Below the pieces are notes generated by a model, which saw only the letters and a list, made by a program, of their open reading frames with translations, was not told where the DNA came from and ran no database searches. A stretch of 59,712 nt of DNA, filler included, from Sphacelaria rigidula (Eukaryota): the NCBI GenBank assembly GCA_964200075.2. It is 5 parts of 5 records of this genome, joined end to end, with 100 filler letters (N's around TTAATTAATTAA, not from the genome) between each part and the next. Parts side by side here need not be neighbours in the genome. Positions count along the whole stretch, not along the records: positions 23,928 to 35,789 come from CAXNAA020004407.1; positions 35,890 to 47,751 come from CAXNAA020004408.1; 3 more parts are not named here. The stretch is one strand, 5' to 3'. Below, piece after piece: positions 33,953 to 47,152 of this stretch. Each line of letters begins with the position of its first letter. Positions within the stretch are counted from its first letter, which is position 1. Both the position numbers and the translations under genes were made by a program.

Positions 33953-36900
33953 AGGCTCGTTTCAATATTGCTCGATAGAGGGTGTGAAAGTTAGCACTGT
34001 ATAGGTAAAGCAACCTTTCGGTACGACGTGGCTGGCATCATGACGTGCTTACCACGGGGTGGGTATCGAAAAGCGCCCAAGGTCCACAAGAAAATGGCAG
34101 ATGGTGAGACAGAAATAGACAAGAAGCGAGAGGGAAGCAGGGGGAGGGGGGGGTGTATAATCGACCTATATGAAAATGTCACGCTCGTTCCATCTACCCA
34201 ATGCCCCCCGTTCCATGTTGTCGCAAGGACGATTTTGATGGTACAAAAATACTTGTAGTACGATTTTTTCATGTATGCCGGGTTGATGTCGCTGGTGGAT
34301 TTTCGCGTAACGATTGGGTGTTGCATCTTGTAGCATGCTAGTGTACAAGGTTGTGTTCTGTACGGTATACCCAGAAGTAGGGGGTGTTTGGTTCGGCGAA
34401 CCAGAGCACAGCGGAGCGTGTGACGAATATTACGGGATGGTCCGGTAGGGCATCGAGCCTTGTTCCGAGAAGTCCGGTATGGTTCATAAGGGCATTTATC
34501 GATGTGATATGCCTTTTATTTCTCTGTAAATACCCGAATATCAGCTGGTATACCCTACAGAACATAACCTTGCTGATGTATGTCGCTGCTTTCGTTCTTG
34601 CATTTTGTAATTGGAGAGTATGTGGACAGGACGGCCGCTTAGGTGCGTGCCGGTCTCAAGTAAGAGTTGGTTCTTGAGCTGAGTTGCGTGTCGCCGTTTC
34701 CTTTTTCTACTGTAAAAGTGCCGAGCCTAGGGTGGCGGTACGTATAAAGTTCGTAACACCGATCATATAAGAAATATGAAGAAGCGAAGATCACCTCGAG
34801 CCCGAATAAAATTCATCTCCCCTGCCGCGTACCTTCCTCGTTTCACTCGCACGAAAAAAATTATTCATGGGTCCCCCAGAGACAAGAGGCGGGTAGCGCT
34901 GGCCGGTCAAAGGTGCGTAGATACTTGCCCGAATATGACTGTGCAGATCACAGCACATTTAACAGTGTTTTCGTGAGATTAAGAATCTACGATACGATTG
35001 AGAGCAGGCTTTTCATGGCTTTCAGCTACCGGGTGCGTCTGCATCATTAATGGACAAAACGCTTACCTCGCACATTGGTGCAAAATCCTGCCGGCAAACC
35101 CAACAATGTTTCGGTGAAATCGAGCGTTGAAAGTACGATTGAGAGTGAGGTTTTATTCATAACATGTCTCGCTGGGCCGGTTCCGATAATGAGACGAAAA
35201 GTTTACATGTGTAGCATGTTGGAACATTCCTGCCGCCCGTTACTTGAATGGAATGGCAGAATAATGTTTTTAAATGTTGCGCGCTGGCCCACAGGTTGCA
35301 TTTGTGGAAAAATGCACCGTTCAAGATGTCTACAAAGTAGTGTGAGTCGTGCGGTTCGAGTAAAAGATACGATTTAGCCAGGTTGTGCCCGAATTCATTC
35401 GCAAATGCAGTTGATGCCACCATTCGTCGTGTGGACTTGGAACTCGTGGGTATCTTGAAATCACTTTTCTGTTCAACAATTTCGCCGCAGTTTCCGTCGT
35501 TGTTTTTGAAAGCGCAAGTCATCGCGTGTGATATGACTGCTGATATCCCGCCTTTTCGTGCCGAGAAAAGTCGTGAAACGTGGTGGGACCCTGGATTATG
35601 TTCCATGATCTCACCCTCGATGGCAGCGGATCATATCAAATTCTCTTGCACGAAGCCAATGGAGCGCCTCCCGTCTCTGAGCTGCAGCAAATCGATTTTG
35701 CCAGGGACTCTCGCCAACCGCATCGGATTTCCGAAAATGCACTCGAAACATGTGCCGACGGACCCATCAAGAACAGCTCATAAGCCATCNNNNNNNNNNN
35801 NNNNNNNNNNNNNNNNNNNNNNNNNNNNNNNNNTTAATTAATTAANNNNNNNNNNNNNNNNNNNNNNNNNNNNNNNNNNNNNNNNNNNNTAGACTGAGGT
35901 CTGTGCAGTATAGGAGGAAAACACGATCTCGATCGTTGTTGTTAAGAATTTTATACGTATTCATTTATCTGAATATTTACCGTTTCGTCGCTGAAGAGTG
36001 GGAAAACTGCATACATTGGACCGAAAACGGTCAATAACACCCTCCTGATAAACGGGGTATCAAGTCCGTACCACCCCGAAAACATCAACTTGAGCACTGC
36101 AGTTTGAGCGCGGCCTACGCGTTCTCCCTAAATCTACCGGCGCCAGCAATTTCAAGCTGTAGTGATGAATTGTACTCCAGAAAAACTAAAAAAATAGCAC
36201 AACTACGAATTCTGAAAACTTCTGATGCTGACTTCTATATTCCAGGTGTTTTCTGCTTGTCTACCCATTTGCTTCGTTGTTACATCGTAGTTCTGCAGTT
36301 TTCCATCTTTCAATCATGGCGTGTAGGCTGGTCAGTCGAATGAGGAAGATGGCGAAAATTAATGGTGGGTTATATAAGGTGGAACGCTTGGTGCGGAGCT
36401 GCCGAACGCCAAACCTCGATTCCTTCAAGGCCCTTAAGGCTGAAAAGGCTTCTACCGAACCGAAATTCAAATAGTGTCCTGTCCTGCGTCCTATCCGTCC
36501 GGGCCTCATTACGAAGCTCCGAACCACGCACTTTTTTCTCGAATTGATTCGAAGCCGCGCTGCGCGAAATAACCATCCCATCGCTCTTCTAACATCAATC
36601 GAGACGCCCTCAACGAATTTCAGCTTCATTGGTGCTCATGGCGTTGTGTTTCACTTCTGTCGCTGGGCGCACTCGAGAACACCCCAATTCGACCCCTTTA
36701 GACCAGAGCGAATCTTGATTGAACCCCTCAGACTTGACTGTCGCAACTTCAATGGAGGCGCTTTTGAAGGTTGGGAGCTTCACACGAAGCAACCGGCTCT
36801 CCGAATCACTTAAAACACCCTCAAGAAGGCTCAGCTTCATTGCTGCCTTTTTCGTTGTCTTCGCTTGTGCGTACCGACGCCGTCCGTGGCTGAGGTGGAG

Positions 36901-37789
36901 GGGGTGTCAAAGCACGTGATCCACTTCCCGGTTCATTCACTCGCGAAGCTTTGCATAGGAATAGAGGAGAGAGCAGGCACGAACCGGCCAGGACATCGAT
37001 GCCAACATATATCAAGATGAGTCCTCCCGTCAGACGGTGTAGAACTACAGACATTGCCGACAACATCGCTGCCGAATGCGAGCTTTTTTGGGTGCAGAGT
37101 ATGTGTACTTGTATCGTTGTACTTTTTGTGGTGTACAGGAACCAACCTAATGTGTTTGCCAGAACGGTCTGTATTTGCAACCTTGCACTACTGCACTGTC
37201 TGTGCTTGCAGAGCTGCGCTTGGCACGGCGCTTGGCACGGGGCTTGACAAGCGGATAAGGAGTGTTGACGCCGTACCCTGATGCGATGAATGGATTTTAC
37301 TTCTCCACATTATTCTATGGATTGGCCAATTTCATGGAAGGCAGGCAGGCATGGCATTATACTGTAGTAGAGTCTTTTCGAACCGGCACGCATCATGTGC
37401 GGTTCGATCGTTGGTACAGTAGATGAAAGTTGTACGAACAAGTAGACTTTCGCAACAGCAAGAGGTCAGTGGACTCGGTCTATATACCGATGAAAGGATC
37501 GCTGGGGTTGTGTACTCTCCATTGACGGCGCCGACTCTCGTTTTGGGTAAGTCGTGTCCACACCCACCCGGTGGGTGCCGCTTCAACTCAGTGGTGTGTC
37601 CCTCTACTTACTGACTCCTGTTGTGTGTACGGTCTGTACCGCCCTGTAGACGTTTTTGAACGGGCTCACCTCCCACAGATGGGGGTAACTCAAAGTGAAT
37701 GAAAAGATTTTCGCGCGAAGCGCGATCATGGCCGAGCGTTTAAAAGCCGGCACTCGGCAAAAATTGAGGAACCGTCTGAAATGAGTGGT

Positions 37790-38133
37790 GTGTCACCCCA
37801 TCTTTTCTGGACGCCAGTCTAGACCTTTCCGTATATGTGGGCGCATCAGCCGGGGTCACACAGAAGGAAGGTCAACACAGGATTTTTTTCCTTTTTATTT
37901 GTTCTTAGTTCCTCACCTTCCTTCTGCGGTGCTTGCCTTTATTAATCATCACGAGAGGGGTTCGGCAGCCCCTTTCCCTCGTCGACCGTTAAGTTGAATT
38001 TTGTGTACCCACGACATAGTCGTTCTCCACTGTTGGGCGTGGTGTGAGAAAAAATCTCCAATCGCTTCGAGATTTGAACCCACGACCCAAGCGTCAGAAG
38101 GTTCCGAGGTTACCAACTGAACCACCGGGGCGT
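37790..38133 (-). mobile_element. tRNA-derived SINE, near full length
   Basis: Minus-strand head gccccggtggttcagttggtaacctcggaaccttctgacgcttgggtcgtgggttcaaatctc has Pol III A-box (TGGTTCAGTTGG) and B-box (GGTTCAAATC) but no complete cloverleaf; the body is shared with 3 other copies in the window. Confidence 0.8.
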
Positions 38134-41100
38134 CCCCAAAAAGGATGGAAACATACGCATCACCGTGAATTATCAACGGTTGAACCGCGTCACTGTCGTC
38201 GGTAAACTTCCGATTCCCCGCATTGATGAAGTCTTCGACTCCTTAGGCGAAGGCAAAATATTCAGCACCTTCGACCTCGCTTCTGGATTTTTTCAGAATG
38301 CTATACACCCTGACACAGTCCCACTGACGCTTTTTGCACCTCGTCCGGACTCTATGAGTGACTTCGGATGCCACAAGGCGCCGCCACTGCCCCGATGCTT
38401 TCAACGCTTAATGCAACGCGTCACCGAGGGCCTCGAGCACATCATCATGTACTTGGATGACGCTATCGCTTTTGATGCCTCACCTATTGCACATATACGC
38501 ACTCTACGACGATTTCTCTCTCGCCTACGTACGCACAATTTGAAACTGTCTCCATCCAAAGCTCGCCTTGGCGCGACTGACTTGACTTTCTTGGGGTATT
38601 CAATTTCGCCAGCAGGCCTGCATCCGGATACAAACAAAGTCAAGGCGATGACTGATTTGCCGATGCCAACTAACATTTCTCAACTTCGCTCATTGTTGGG
38701 TGGGCTATCCTTCTACCGCAAATTTTTGCCGAATCTATCGAAACGGATTCGCCCCCTTGCTGAGCTACTCAAGAAAGGAGCCGTGTTTTCTTTCACTATA
38801 GAAATGGAGACGATCACCCGCGAATTACTCAAGACGCTTACCGAAAAGCCCGTACTTTGTTTTCCTGATTGGGAGGCAGTACAAGATGGCTCCCGCCTTT
38901 TCCAACTCCATACTGACGCCACCACAAATGGTTTTGGAGGAGTTTTGAATCAACCTCAGGTTGATGGCTCTGTCCGACCCATCCTTTATATCAGCCGCGC
39001 TACCCTGCCCAACGAGGCCAATTGGAGCCCGCTCGAACTGGAAGGCGGAGTAATCACTTGGGCCATTAAGCGCCTTCGACAATATCTGTTTCACGTGCCG
39101 TTCGAGATCTATACGGATCACGGAGCACTTGAACAACTCGCCAAGGTTGGTGAACAGAACCCTCGTGTACAAGGATGGTTGGAATTTCTAACAGCATACC
39201 AGTATACCACTAAGCACCGTCCAGGCAAATCCAACGGGAACGTGGATCATCTTTCCCGCCTGCCTCTGCTGCCTGCAGCCGCAGATTCCAGCCCGACTTG
39301 CCGTTTAACGGAACCCGATGGACCCGGAATTGACGCAATCAGACGTTTTTCAAGGCCTGTTTACGCCCCCCACCTGCAATACCCGAAAACCGGTATGCAT
39401 ATGGGAGGACCTCACCCTCTACCATATGACGCCGTCTTGGGTGGGTTAAAGCCCACTACCTCCGATTTTGTCGATTTTCGCACTTTCGGTACTCGCGCGA
39501 AACTCTTCGCGGAGACACCCCCAGTCACCCACCTCATCTCCGACAACACGCGCTCCCGGTCTGCCGCCCACACCACCCCGAGTGCCCCGCCGCCACCCAC
39601 AATACCTTCAACCTCTGTGAGCCACTCAGCACAAGTTCCACGGTCCAACACACAAAGCTCCGTGAAAACTTCTGCACCGTGCGCCACGCGCCGCGAACAA
39701 TCTTCGCCGCGCACTGATATAACCCCGCCGCCAGTAACGGCGCCGCAAACACCTCCTACCTCCGAGCACGCTACTGACGACTCGTCCCCTGCTCCCGGGA
39801 CAGATATCGACGTCGGCATTTCTTCCCCGTCGCCTATTCCCCCGCCGCCTGCCCTACCATGTTTGGTCGGCTCGCCACCGGAAGGTCAACTACGCGAGTT
39901 TCTCGCCAGCTATTCCCACCGCGATTGGGCTCGCGAACAGAACGCAGAACCGCTATGCCGCGCAGCCATCCGGTACTTACAACTTGACTGTCCAGTACCT
40001 TTTCCGTCCACACTTCTGGCCCCGGTTGGAACACTGCCACCACCAGTTATTTCTGACGTATACGAGCTCGCGCGTAAAGGTACCCTTTTTACTACGGATG
40101 AAGGCGTGCAAGTACTCGTACGTCGGCCCATGCCCTTGACAGGCGCAATTACCGCCTCAACTACGGGACGCATCGCACGACTACTCAATGACGAACCAAC
40201 GCGCATATATGTGACATTATTTATGCGTCCCTGGGTCATGAAAGGCTGCCACACAGACCTGTCATGTCACCTTGGCGTATCCCGCACCCTCGCGCTCTTG
40301 GTACGCTTCTACTGGTGGGTTGGCATGGAAATTTCAACCCGCTTCTGGATTCGGCGATGCTTTAAATGCCAAGCCCGAAAAACTCCACGACAGACCGTAC
40401 GCTGGCCCGTGATCTCTATGGGACTCCCCGACGAGACCGGCCACCTTGTGTCCTTTGACTACTTCGGCCCTCTCCCGACCACAGATCGCGGCAACACCTA
40501 CATCTTACTCTTTACGGATCGCTTTAGCCGCCACGCGTCCATGTACGCGGTAATCGTCGCAGATTTCACTGCCGCCGGAACGGCCGACATACTGGTCCAT
40601 GATTACATTGAGCACTACGGCTGCCCAAAGCGACTACTTTCAGACAATGGTCAGCAATTTTGTTCAGATCTCTCTGACGAGCTTTACAAGCTCCTGGGCA
40701 TGCGCAAAATTGCCACGAGCGCCCACCACCCGAACGGTAACGGTGGTACCGAAAGAGTTAATCTCACCAAGGCTCAGATGCTCTCTATGGTTGTCAATGA
40801 CCGCCAAAATGACTGGGATCTACACCTCTCGCACATCATGTTGTCCTACAACAACTCGGTTAACGCCGCCACAGGCCTTTCTCCGAGCGAACTCCATCTT
40901 GGGCGTTACCCTCGGCTGCCTATCACCGTGTTTGGGCGCCACACGTTCGACGGACACCAAGAATTGGATCAGGTTCAGATATCCTACAACTAGCTAACGC
41001 ATGCACGACAACGCAAAGCGTTCACCCTCGTGCGCGAACAACACGCTATCAACGCCTCGCGCCTGGAGAGATCTAACACTGCTCTCTACAACCTAATGCA

Positions 41101-43248
41101 CAAACGCCCCAACTGGAAAGTTGGTGATTGGGTTTGGATCTACAACAGTTTGTCGACCATCCGCCAAGGCACCAGCAAGGCAGTCAACGAAACAATTTTG
41201 AAGACAAAATTGTCTCTCGATGGGACAGGACCGTTGAAGATTCTGACAGTCGGACTATCGTCATCATCACCAGATGAAAAACCGGTTGGTACAAACTGCT
41301 CCATCTCGACTTGCCTCGCGACTTCCAGGGCAAAGACACCAAGCCCCGCGTCTCCATGCACAGATGCAAACCCTGCACGAACCCGCATGATACAAGTGAC
41401 ATGCCCAAGTACCTCCCTGCCGGACTCACACAGTATGTTCTCAACAGCTACTCGACCAAGTCCCCGCCCTACCACATTACAACCGACGACATGACGGAAC
41501 AGCGCCTTCGGTTGGCTGTGTCCTCCATTTCCGGCCACCAGAGAAGCCGTGGTCGAGGAGGCAAGATCGCTGCCATCTATAAGACACACTGGCACGGTCT
41601 TCGGAGAGCGTCTAGGGAACGCGAATCCGACCTGCAATTGCACCGTCGTGCAATCCTCCTTTACTGGACGCAATCCCAATATCAGCATCTTGCTCACAAC
41701 AAGAAATATCGCAACATGCGCCGTGGCGTAGCAGCCCGCGAACTTCACCGCAATCAGGGCCCACGCTTTGTCGCCGATGGTTACGAACTTGTACCTTCCA
41801 AGACTTGTAAGACGAAGTTTTTCGCGAACCAGCGACTCCTGCCCAAGGGCAGCTACCTTTGGTTCAAAGGCAGCGACAACCTCTTGTGGTCGGGTCAGAC
41901 CTACTCCACTAACCTGGTTTCGGCCGACACATACATCGTGCGTTTCATCGATGACCCTGGACCCATACAGCTCAAGCTTCGGCCAGCACTATACACCACC
42001 AGCCCATCTGCACCACGCGGGTCCTGGTGTCTCCAGCGCCTCAAGTCCAAAGGACTTCGCCGCGGTCTCCAGCGCAACATCGACCACACCCACGACATCC
42101 ACGCCCCGCTTTGAACCACGCTTCTTTGCCGCGACTGTTGCCCCACCCCCATGTTTTCTCGTAAGCATTGTCTGCCCCTCCCTTCTCCACCAGGATCCTC
42201 TTCTACGACACCACAACAGCGCGACCTACATCGGACGACGAGCAAGAACTACTGACACGACCGCTACCTACGACTACTGGAGCCATATTGTCCCCTTCGT
42301 CTGGCGATCGATCTCGTTGGATCACCTATTTTCAGATTTCCGATCTTGCAGGTTTTTAGCACTTTTGGTTTCCCCCAGGTTAAAGCTCTGCTCCCTGTTG
42401 TACCTTTGGCTTCCACCAGGTCAGAGCTCTGCTCCCTGTTGTACCTCCCTGTTTTCCCCCTTAACGTTTGCTAGGACGCCGAAGCAATTTTTGCTTCTTC
42501 GTTGATCGCTAGCATGCCAAAGTAGTTTGTGCTTCCGCGTTTCGGAGCAGTTTTTTCTGCTCCTCGACACAGTCTATGCTTCCCTTCTTTTGAGGTGTGG
42601 GAGTGGGTACAGGATTGTTGTTACGGGAATGTTAGGTGCGGGAGTGTTCCTTTAGGTATGCTTTAGCCGCTTATGACTTTACGAGTGAAGAAAAACCTTC
42701 GTCTTCGCTGCTTTGAGGACAAATCCTCGCAGCTGTGATAAAGGTTCGTCTGGGCGGATTAGTGTCATGAAGACGCATATTAGCCTGTTGACATGCCGCT
42801 TCAAACCCATTGTCGACTCTGGCTATGGCTTGCTTGTGTTTCGGTAACCAAGGCTGCAGGTCTATTCAGAGTTGGTCGAGCACGAATGTGAACCTGTATA
42901 ATTACAGGGATGATACTGGCTTTGGTCCCACGACCAAAGCTCGCACCATCAGTCACTATCCAACTGCTCCCCTCTGCTAGCCAGCAAAAGGAAGTATAAC
43001 CATCGGTGAGAGATATTAGCTGGTTTGGGTTGGATTGATTGAGTGGGTACTGGAGTCAGAATCAAGATAATCAAGGAGAAGTGAAAAACCTAATGCGTGA
43101 GAACCTCGTCTGATATTTGGGTGCTGAGCAAGTCAGATGGGATCTACAAGTTGTAGCAGCCTGACGGTTGTACGCTTGCCTGCCAAGCTTGTGCCTTGGG
43201 TTGAAAGCTGTGTCCCTTGCATTATATTACCGCTTGCTCCTCATTACA
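38133..43248 (+). mobile_element. Ty3/Gypsy LTR retrotransposon, 5'-truncated and defective (RT-RNase H-linker-integrase-chromo-like; putative 3' LTR ~42619-43248)
   Basis: VPKKDGNIRITVNYQRLN, PIPRIDEVFDSL, FDLASGFFQ and YLDD (RT); HTDATTNGFG, ELE, YTDH, DHLSR (RNase H); CH..CHLG..CFKC, FDYFGP, LSDNGQQF, GTERVN (integrase). Stop at 40991-40993 and frameshift at ~41290. ORF 41311-42114 contains a chromodomain-like segment (SSISGHQRSRGRGGKIAAIYKTHWHG). Purine-rich tract at ~42590-42614; LTR limits tentative. Confidence 0.92.
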
Positions 43249-43452
43249 TGGTCACGTGATATTCTGCATTTCGATCATAAAAAGCTGCTGTCAAAATTTC
43301 AGCGTCCAACTCCTAATATCGCGCCGTGCGTCGCCTGAGCGAGATTCACACCTACTCTTGGCTGACCCAGCTCGTATATACATTTTACCACATCCTGATC
43401 GGCAGTCAGCCGTGTCCACTGATCGACTATCACAGTCGTGTCCACTGATCGA

Positions 43453-43761
43453 CTATCAAAAATGTTTTCGTGAGATTGAGAGTAGAGGGTGCGATTGAGA
43501 GCAAAAAACGCTCAATCAGTTAACGACTTTTTTCAGTTCCGAAATGCCCCTCCACGAGGCCCGATATTCTTTCTGTAGTAGATTGCCACTGAGGCGCGTG
43601 ATATCCCCGAGTACGATATCGACGTGCAGCTGTGAGCACACGGCAGTGATGGAGGCAAAGAAGAGCACATACGGGATGAAAAATCGGCCACGTTGAAGCG
43701 AATGATCAAAGTCACTCTCAATGCGCGCTCTACTCTCGATCTCACGAAAACGTTGTTATCG
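43453..43761. mobile_element. MITE with ~47-bp terminal inverted repeats
   Basis: gttttcgtgagattgagagtagagggtgcgattgagag (left) versus ctctcaatgcgcgctctactctcgatctcacgaaaac (right); related ends at ~34965-35005 and ~47853-47915. Confidence 0.7.
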
Positions 43762-45124
43762 CAGTCGAGTCTGCACTCCATCCTCTCACGGGGGTCATGA
43801 AGGTACGAACAGCAAGCCCAAAAGACGCGGTGATCGGGGTGTGTGGGTGATGGCTGGTAGTGTAGGAAGAAGGGCGAGATCCAAAAAGGACTCCTCCTCG
43901 TGACTTATCACATCATCATACACTCTTGTAGTGGTCTGACCACGAGGTGATACTTGTGTCACTCTCAAGTAAACTTCCAGGCCAGGGGTAGCAGAAAGCT
44001 AGCGGCCGGCCGCAGTGATCGGTTGCAGTCGAGAGGAGTGACCCTTGAACTCGTGAGAAACAGGCCCTTGAGTCCGACCAGTACTGCATCATAGGGCAAA
44101 GCAGGGACTCACTTTCACGTGCAGAAAAGTGCTCTTGACTTGCTTGCAAGCGAGCTGTCTTCAAGTGATGGCTGATAGCTTTGTTATTAGGCTTGGCTAC
44201 TGGTTAACTAGAACCGAAGTTGTTTGGTGGTGGAAGTTGGAAGTGGGACCGAGTGAGTGCGCAACTCATCAAAACTGGAGCAAAACGCTACTATGCGAAT
44301 GGAATACGACCTATTGCACATGCCAAGCGCACTTCGAAACGCCTACTACATATACAGTCGATATTCGCCCTAATATCCCCCTCCTTTGCTCTGTGCACGC
44401 TGCTCATGCAAGACGAGGAAAGTCACAGCTCAAGTCACTCCAAGGGTGATTCACATAAGTCTCTATACCATCAGCCTAATATCACGCCAAAGACGAAGAA
44501 GTCGCAGAATTTCGGGGCTGGGGCTAACCGCGGGAAGAACTCGTCATGAAATCAGAAGATGGGCAAAACCTGGTATTCGGGGGAAAAGCTCTTCGCTTGG
44601 GGAGGGGAAACTCTCACGCCCTTTCAGATCATAGCGACTGCTTTCGCATGTGCCATGTCTTCCCGGGATCTCAGTTTGACTGAAGAACAGATACTACCGA
44701 AAAAAAATGTGACTGTTTTCAGATAGTAACGGCGCTTAGACACCCGTGATCGGATACGCCGATCCTGGGTAGTGTGGGACTCGCAAGGAGCTGACCCACT
44801 AAAATAACCCCAAGAAAGTGTTTACTGGTTGATGGGAGCGCTGCACGCTTTTTCTCCTATCGACCAGTACCCGCTAACCCACTGGACACTGGGGGACTAC
44901 AACGTATATCAACAGTTCAGTGACGATACAGTGTCCCAGCAGGTACTCGGCGCCCACCTTATTGTGCAATGCTCACGCATGACTATTTCTATATACGAAG
45001 GGTGAGGCGCCCTAACATCGGATCAACGTTCACCGAGGACGAAGAGATGTGATTAACGGACTGGGTACCTTAAACAAAGGGTAGGATCAGGTCTACAAAA
45101 TCAACCGCAAAAAACGACACATAA

Positions 45125-45606
45125 GGCCGAATGTTATGGCAAACAGATTTTTGGCCCACGGATTGTTCGCCTTGGGGACATTTGACCCCCTTTTTGACCC
45201 CCAAGCCAGGAAAACCGCCAACACACGTCTCGGATACTTGGCATCACCCCACAGAGAGGGGCCTATTCTGCTTTTCAGATTCGCTTGGCTCCGAGGTTTC
45301 GAGATTGGCCGCTGAACAAAACTCGTGCGCATAAATCTGTATTTGCCGACCCCCGCCAGTTTGGGCAAACTGGCGGGGATCGGCAAGCACAGATTTTTGC
45401 GCACGAATTTTTGTTCAGGTGCCAATCTCGAAAACGTCGGAGCCAAGGGAATTTGAAAAGCGGGCTAGGCTCCTCTCTGTGGGGTGATGAAAAGAGTCCG
45501 AGGCGTGGGTTGGCGGTTTTCCCTGTTTGGGGGTCAAAAGGTGGGTCAAACGCCCCGAAGGTGAACAGTCCGTGGGCCAAAACTCTGTTTGGCATAACAT
45601 CAGGCC
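45125..45606. mobile_element. ~480-bp palindromic MITE (Tourist/PIF-Harbinger-like)
   Basis: Two ~240-bp diverged inverted arms centred at ~45365 (ccgccagtttg-g-g-caaactggcgg); GGCC termini flanked by TAA and TAG. Confidence 0.8.
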
Positions 45607-46419
45607 TAGTCCCCATGGAATGCAAGACCAATAAAAAGGAAAAGAGCGGAGCTAGATCGACCCCGCGAAAACGTAAAGGGGAAAAGAGAAACCGAAAAGT
45701 AGTACTGAAGGAACAAACCAGGCCCGCAACATAAAGGGGGAAGAAAAAAAAAATGAAGCATGAAACAAAAGTAGAAATAACATCCCAGGTCCATGACACG
45801 GAGAAAAAAATCATGGAACCATGAAAACAAATAAAAGGGTCTGACACGAGAAAAAGGATCAAGTCCGACGAACGCAAAAGAAAAAAAAACAGAAGAAAAA
45901 AAACACATGGAATCCAGACCAGAAAACCGGACAGAGGAAAATATGAGGGTTAGCGGGACAAATTCCGCCCCGTACAAAACAAAAGCGAGGCAAAAAAGTC
46001 AAGACTATGTCCCAAAAATCAAAATAAATGTTAAAAACTGAAAAAATAAAAACGGAAACAATAACAAGATACATAACGGAGCTCATGATAACGGGAAAAC
46101 ACGAGTAAAAATGATCCCGAGAAGAGTAGAAAAATACTGCACAGCTGTTCCCTCGAAAAGAGAGAAACAGTACTGAACTACTACTTATTCCTTGAAAAAA
46201 AAAAACTGCTGGTCGCTTCTGCTGTGCAGCACGAAGCGGTCTCCTGCGCTCTCCTTCGTACAATACTCATGCTTTTCTCTGCTGCGTTGATGAACAGGCT
46301 CGCTCGTCTGGGCCACTTGCGGGAGCTCTTTACGTGAAGGTTCCTCGTAGTCTCCGTCGTCTTGTCACTCTCCAGAAGCGTCTGCTGCCGTCAAATTCTT
46401 GTGCTTTCTGCTCAGCTCC

Positions 46420-46960
46420 GTCAAAATCCTCTCAAAATGCGGAAGTTATGGGGAACAAGTTCAGAGCATCGCTGCACGATAGAGGGACATGACGTGCTCG
46501 GGCGGGATGGCATACTTGATGCCTTGGCTGAGCGGTGCAGATGCCAAAGGGCGCGGAACCCATACACTCGTGGAAGCGCGAGACTTTCCAGGACTCCGCT
46601 TCCTGGTAGCCACTCCAAGATTGCTCCATCCAGGGCCTTTCCTCGCTATTTGTAACCTGATTTTTTTTCTGGATTTTGACTCGCGACGGTCTTTCACAGT
46701 GAGAGGTGGGGTTTTAAAGGTTGGCGTCACCTTGAGGTCTGGTGTTCAGGCAAAGTAGGCGAACCCGTCCGCGATTAAAATCTCAGGTGAGGCGGGTAGC
46801 GGAATGCGGTTCAACGTCCGGCGGACTATCTTACGCGTACGTATTTTGTGTCTTTGCATCACCACCTCCAGACATCGTGCCGTCATCGGTCCTTGTTCAA
46901 TTTCCATGTACCGTGTACTAGTGCTGGAGTTCCCTGCCGTTGCCATCCCGGCATTAAGAT
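46420..46960 (-). pseudogene. Possible decayed PIF/Harbinger (DDE_Tnp_4) transposase
   Basis: Frame-hopping remnants ILIADGFAY (cf. GDxAY), APFGICTA (cf. ERAFGILK) and IV..C..HNFRILRG (cf. IVxACxxLHNF) occur in the expected order. Confidence 0.35.
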
Positions 46961-47042
46961 CTCAACTTCCGCATCCATCACCAGTCCTACCTCGCATAGG
47001 TGCTGTTTGCGCTGTTTCACGAAAGCATCCAGCCTTTTTCTC

Positions 47043-47152
47043 CACGGGTGGCCACTGGGGTGCCTGCAACCTCAAATTTGGACGGTACAGACGTTGCACA
47101 AGGTCTGTCACGTCCAAATTTGAGGTTGCAGGCACCCCAGTGGCCACCCGTG
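47043..47152. repeat. 110-nt near-perfect hairpin; diverged inverted second copy at 47605-47699
   Basis: 42 perfect bp (cacgggtggccactggggtgcctgcaacctcaaatttggacg), a 2-nt mismatch, 6 bp, then a 10-nt loop. Confidence 0.9.

Noticed and set aside
35050-36920. Several 100-150-aa ORFs flanking the third spacer
   Set aside because: No recognisable motif or convincing splice chain, and they lie on two different contigs.
38060-38133. Functional tRNA gene
   Set aside because: A/B boxes are present but acceptor and anticodon stems do not pair; it is attached to a repeated body, so it is a SINE head.
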